This document shows positions 59,211 through 64,000 of a DNA stretch of 64,000 nucleotides, piece after piece; the stretch's first letter is position 1; every line of letters starts with the position of its first letter. The DNA is taken from assembly GCA_963768575.1 (NCBI GenBank), contig CAVYIJ010000001.1:9106-73105 (forward strand), written 5' to 3'. Position numbers and translations under genes: made by a program. Under the pieces are notes generated by a model. That model did no database searches and was not told the DNA's origin. It saw only the letters and a program-made list of their open reading frames with translations. This DNA comes from an uncultured Halobacteria archaeon. Lineage in GTDB: Bacteria; Pseudomonadota; Gammaproteobacteria; UBA9214.

Positions 59211-60715
59211 TTGACCAAGCTAAAAACTGCCGTTTATCAGGAAGCTGCTGGTTGCAGCTTCGGCGGCGACACTGGCCATGTCTTCCGCAGCATTCGCCAA
59301 TGACTCAGATAGTGATAGCCTGGTCGGGCTTGCCATCACGTGATCGTGATCGTGATCGTGATCGTGATCGCACGTCGTACACTCTGCAAGGACCGTGCGC
59401 GTTCCTGCCCGCAGACCGGGCAACCGAGTTTCACGGTAATCCCGACCGGTCCAGGTTGAACCTGGGTATGGCGGGTAACCAGTGGGTGGTGTTCGAGAAA
59501 GCCATGCAGGAGTTTAATGTTTACATCGGCAAGGGTGACGGCAGTGAGCCGGCATACCGACCCAACGATGCGAACCGCTTTACACTGGCCGATCTGAATG
59601 TTAAGGCAAACCGCTACTTTATCGAGCTGATTCCGCCCGGCCAGATCCGCGCGCAAATCAAATCCGGCTGCATGTTGCTCGGCAATGATGAAGACCGCAA
59701 CTTCCTGCCCGGAAATTTCCAGGTGGATTTCGACGTGTTCGCATCTACCAACTACAACCTGATGCAGGACCTGGCGAATAACGGTTTCATCGACGAGGCC
59801 GTCCCCTATATCAGTAACCGCCTCGACCTGATGGTCGCTGTCGGCAATCCCAAAGGCATTGGCAACACTGTGCATACCGGTAATGCCGACTTCGATACCC
59901 AGTTCGACATCATCATGGACCTGTTGTCCGGCGATGTGATTGCATCATCGCTTGATCACATCAACGAAGGTATCCATAACGCCGCCAACAATTACATGAA
60001 GAACGCGCATACCTGGGTCAAGGCCAATGATCCCGGGACACTCATTCCCATGACGTACACCTATGCAGATGGCAGCGTAGATACCACTTCCAAGACGGCT
60101 TCAGACTGGATCCAGGCCGCCCTGGCAAAGGTTGCCACACCGATGGCGGGGTCACCGGGTGAACTGCGTTTGATCAGTGGGGATGCAGGTGAGAATCATA
60201 CCTCGCATGACCTGGTTGACCAGGGCTGCGGTACTGCGGGTGACCTGCAGTTCTGCGAATATGCCGTCCTGAACAAGGCCAATACCCATGAGTCCCGCGT
60301 ACACCACGTGGAAACTCCAGGCGGCATCGTGGGCGACCCCGGTTTTGTGCCTGTGGATGTAGGTTATGTCTGGATCACCGAGCTTGCCTTCCAGTTGAAT
60401 AACGGTAATTTCGCTGTGCAGGGCATGGTGGGTGACCAGAATATCGCTGACCTGGGAATTCCCCGTCCGGCCGGTTCAACGAATGTCAACAATGACATTA
60501 CCTACTCGCTGGCCTTACTGGCAACTTCCAAACACAAGAAACGTGGACGCCAGTTCATTGATTTCCTCCGCAGCCCGCAGGGACAGCAAGTGTATACGGA
60601 TGGTGGCTTCACCGGCCTGACGTCAACCCAGCTGGATGAAGGCAGATGTTATGCCAAACCTGTAGCCGGTGTTTCTGTTGCCACAATCCGGAACGGCGAT
60701 CGTTCGTGTCGATGA
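59211..60715 (+). pseudogene. Secreted protein of unknown function; the signal-peptide region is out of frame with the body (at least 2 frameshifts near 59240 and 59335-59375)
   Basis: GAGGAGG at 59185. A signal-peptide-like KLLVAASAATLAMSSAAFANDSDSDS sits in one frame and terminates in the hexanucleotide repeat. The 470-aa body (59252 frame) is in another frame. Confidence 0.5.
59340..59372 (+). repeat. Hexanucleotide microsatellite (GATCGT) x5.5 encoding (DR)n at the signal-peptide / mature-protein junction
   Basis: CGTGATCGTGATCGTGATCGTGATCGTGATCGC; translates to RDRDRDRDRDR in the long ORF frame and to TGA-containing codons in the signal-peptide frame. Confidence 0.85.
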
Positions 60716-60765
60716 TTGGCTTAGAAACAATTAAACACATCGCCTTGTTTTAATTGATTGTCCTG

Positions 60766-60797
60766 AAGGGCCGGTACTTACCGGCCCTTTTTTATTA
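60766..60797 (+). terminator. Rho-independent terminator
   Basis: AGGGCCGG-TACTTA-CCGGCCCT-TTTTTATT. Confidence 0.8.
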
Positions 60798-61462
60798 CTC
60801 TGAATTTTAACCTTCAGATGACTATTAATATCCCGGCGTTGACTTGCTTGATCAATGCCTTCAAAGTGTTGAGAAAATGCAGTCAAACTATAATAAAAAT
60901 ATGACATTCACAGTGGCGGATAAATTCATGCATCCGTTAACAGGTTGGCAGGGAAGCCAAAGGGATGGCGCCCTAAGTTATGAGTACTAACTTGCCAAGA
61001 TACCACCCATCAGATCCTTGCCGAGGACTTCGTCGATGGCGGATTCAGTGCTCTTACCGGCAGCGAGCCGGGTGAGCGTTATTCACTGGACAGAAATGGT
61101 GATCTCGTTATAGAGACCTTCACGCCCTGATACAGTTTGTATATCTCGCGGCCTGCCCGGTTTTACCGGGCAGGCCTTTTTAATGCCCTGTTCGACGCAC
61201 TTTATCAGTAAAGTCAATTACCTGCATCGACATTGTCTGCTTGCCCGGAGACTGTATCGCAGGTGTCATGACGGTTTTCCAAAGATTTATATTCGTCGTG
61301 TTCGGAGCAGCAAAACATAAATATCAGGCATGAAAAGACAAACTATTCAGTGATTGCAAGGAATGTTAAATATCAAGCGCAATATGCCAAGTATTTCGCA
61401 TGTATAAAACATATAAATGACCAGTATGCAGAAAACGTATCGCACTTAAATGGAGGGACTTT

Positions 61463-62986
61463 TTGATGAATATAAAAATAGTATTATTGCCCGTTGTGCT
61501 CGGCCTGGCCTGTGCACCTTTGAGTGCGTTTGCGGCAACGCCAAAGGAGTGCCCGCCTGGACTCGAAGCGGATGCTCCGACTGTTCCCCTGTCAATGGAA
61601 CAGGCAGACATCAACAGCGGCGCGCTCAGCTTCGACGAGATCAACGATCACGGTAAAGCACTGTTCGTCGCCAAGTTCAACACCTGCGACGGTCGGGGCC
61701 GTCCGGAGACCACCGGTGGCGGCGCCAAACGTGCGGTGCCAACCTTCGACGAAGAAGGTGAACCTGTAGACGCCGGGCCAGATAGCCAAGCTGCGCACCT
61801 CGGCGCCGGATTCCGACGCCTGTGCCGGCTGCCACAATGATCCCGAGGTCGGCGGTGCCGGTGATTTCGTCGCCAACGTGTTCGTACTGGCGCAGACGCT
61901 CGATCCGGTCACCCTCTCGGTGAGCCCCTCGAGAAGCAACAGCCGCAATACGCTGGGCATGCACGGCGCTGGCCCGATCGAAATGCTGACCCGCGAAATG
62001 ACCACGGATCTGCAGGCCCAGTTCGCCGCCCTGCCGGCCGTTGCCGGCACGTATACGCTCACCACCAAGGGCGTGGACTTCGAGGTCGATATCGACGGTG
62101 GCAAGAATGTCGTTGAAGCCGAGGGCGTCGATCCCGACCTGGTCGTCAAGCCGTTCCACCAGGCCGGCAAGGTCATCTCGCTGCGCGAGTTCTCCACCAA
62201 TGCCATGAACCACCACCACGGCATGCAGGCCGAAGAGCGTTTCGACCTGAACCCCGCCAAGGGTTTTGATCCGGACTTCGACAACGACGGGTACGAGCGC
62301 GAGCTGACCATCGGTGATCAGACCGCGGTCTCCATCTGGCAGGCGCAGCTGTCCACCCCGACCCAGGTGATGCCCAAGAAGAAGGCTGATCGCGAGCATG
62401 GTCGAGCACGGCGAACAGGTGTTCGACGATGTCGGCTGCACCTCCTGCCACGTACCCGGAAATGGTGCTGAACACCCGTGACTTTGTCGAGCCCAACCCG
62501 TTCAACCCGCCGGGCACCTGTGCCAGCGCCGCCGATGGTTGTCCTGATTACTCCTTCGACATGACCAAAACCGGCGACAAGCCGCGTCTGGAGAAAGGCC
62601 CGAACGGTACCGCCATTGTCCGTGCCTACACCGACCTGAAGCGTCACAACCTGTGTGACGATCCGGGACCGGGTGCCATCCGCTGGTTCTGTAACGAGCA
62701 GCTGGCGCAGGGACGTGCAGACCAGGACGGCAAGCCGGGTACCGAGTTCTTCCTGACCCGCAAGCTGTGGGATGTCGGCAATACCGCGCCTTACGGTCAC
62801 CGCGGTGACGTCACCACCATCACCGAAGCCATTCTGCTGCACGGTGGCGAGGGACGTGCCTCGCGCGATGCGTTCGAAGCGAGTTCTGCTGACGATCAGA
62901 AAGCACTGGTGGCGTTCCTGAAGACCCTGCAGATCGTGCCCCAGAGTGCTGCTGGTAACGGTGGTAACAATGGTAACAATAGATAA
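61463..62986 (+). pseudogene. DUF1111-type di-heme cytochrome c peroxidase-like / 'thiol oxidoreductase' family protein, broken by about 4 frameshifts
   Basis: Signal peptide MMNIKIVLLPVVLGLACAPLSAFA. Two CxxCH motifs are found in different frames (DACAGCHNDPEV at about 61815-61850; DVGCTSCHVP at about 62440). The C-terminal part ...TAPYGHRGD...LLHGGEG... is in a third frame. Confidence 0.6.
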
Positions 62987-63048
62987 CGACAACTGAGTAC
63001 AAAGGAGTCTGGAACAACCAGATTTACCTTGATTATTTACTGATGGAT

Positions 63049-63080
63049 GGCCGGCCCCTGAGGGGGCCGGCCTTTTTTCT
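63049..63080 (+). terminator. Rho-independent terminator
   Basis: GGCCGGCCCCT-GAG-GGGGCCGGCC-TTTTTTCT. Confidence 0.8.
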
Positions 63081-63436
63081 GTACAAAACTTCGCAGGGTG
63101 CGCGCGGTACACCCCGTCTTGTCCAGGTACACCACTCTAAATAAACGAATACCCCTCTCCCTTACGGGAAGAGGGCAGGGTGAGGGGGGCTTGAACAGGC
63201 CGTGCACTTTGGATAGCACTCCGAACGGCAATGAAAAACATTCCCGGGATAACGGCAGATTTGATTGGGTGATGCAGGGTCTCGGTGCGCACGCCACCCT
63301 CCATAAGGTTAATTTACTGGTTTTCTTTACGGCCCCGGCGTCTTCCTGGTAATTGATCCATGCAGTTGTGTAATAAATATGCTCTGTCTCTGCGCCTTAT
63401 CAGACAGAATTTCCATATCAGTCTGTCTGCCCGGCA

Positions 63437-63994
63437 TTACTCTGTTTTTATCGCCCTCAACTCGGTGGCTTTCAGTTCGAAAAGACTCGCCAGTTCCGCT
63501 TGATCGGTATCCCGAAGCCGCGAGGCATAATGTTTGAGGGTATTTGCCGCTGTAAGCCGTTCCCGTTGCGGAAACTGGTCAACTGTCTTTAGCATACCTG
63601 TGAGTAATTCAGCTCCCTCTGCCCACGTCTCCTGTCCGGCCATCACCAGCGATAGTTCCATTCGGCGCAGGCCACTGGCCATGCTGACGGGACCGGAAAC
63701 GGCTTCTTCGATAGCAAGGGCCTGCCTTAGCAAGGGCTCTGCTTCGGCGTATTTACCGCTTTGACGTTTGATGCGCCCGAGATCATACAGCCGTTGTGAT
63801 CGAATCTCCGGGCCAAGGCGGTTGTTATCCACATCCACCCATGCGTTCTGACAAAGCTGCTCGGCGGCTTCGAGAAACCCTTTTCGTTCAGCCTCTTTAC
63901 ACTTTTCTGCATAGACAGCAGAACGATGGTCTTCGCTTTCGCAGGCGCTGACCAGCAGGGACAGGATTACAGCCAGTGATGTTAATGATTTCAT
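63437..63994 (-). CDS. TPR-like repeat lipoprotein of unknown function
   Basis: MKSLTSLAVILSLLVSAC lipobox; helical-repeat composition; 185 aa. Confidence 0.55.
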   Translation of the reverse strand: MKSLTSLAVILSLLVSACESEDHRSAVYAEKCKEAERKGFLEAAEQLCQNAWVDVDNNRLGPEIRSQRLYDLGRIKRQSGKYAEAEPLLRQALAIEEAVSGPVSMASGLRRMELSLVMAGQETWAEGAELLTGMLKTVDQFPQRERLTAANTLKHYASRLRDTDQAELASLFELKATELRAIKTE

Positions 63995-64000
63995 TTGCAG

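Overview
This window is a high-GC gammaproteobacterial chromosomal segment. Gene order follows the Pseudomonas PA2960-PA2988 neighbourhood: lolCD-comEC-exbBD-lpxK-ycaR-kdsB-ptpA-rne / rluC-HAD-sppA ... maf-yceD-rpmF-plsX-fabHDG-acpP-fabF-pab-mltG-tmk. Three accessory blocks are embedded in it.

(1) 1-11.2 kb: a complete Lap-type c-di-GMP-controlled adhesin system. It comprises a LapB-like type I secretion ABC transporter (3' end outside the window), LapD (c-di-GMP receptor), LapG (periplasmic cysteine protease), an orphan receiver-domain gene, and a 1723-aa LapA-like adhesin. The adhesin has an N-terminal retention module, three near-identical 726-bp tandem repeats, a VWA domain, RTX repeats and a type I secretion signal.

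(2) 25.6-30.5 kb: a low-GC insertion between sppA and maf bounded and subdivided by copies of a ~100-bp REP/MITE-like element. It carries higBA, a Cys-rich small ORF and two c-di-GMP phosphodiesterase-type genes: a degenerate-GGDEF/EAL protein and a DUF3391-HD-GYP protein.

(3) 45.2-64 kb, replacing the expected holB region: a regulatory island that looks sulfur-related. It contains two tandem ECF sigma / anti-sigma modules whose anti-sigma factors carry periplasmic DsrE/YchN-like domains, plus free-standing DsrE-like genes. It also contains a TtrS/TtrR-like two-component system, a REC-AraC-PAS regulator, a di-heme DUF1111 protein and several secreted proteins.

Almost every long gene in block (3) is broken by 1-nt frameshifts: at least 18 in about 17 kb, against 2 (rne, pabC) in the preceding 45 kb. 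The block is therefore either a decaying island or a locally error-rich assembly.

No tRNA, rRNA or CRISPR array was found. Domain assignments come from motif-level reading of the translations and need HMM/BLAST confirmation.
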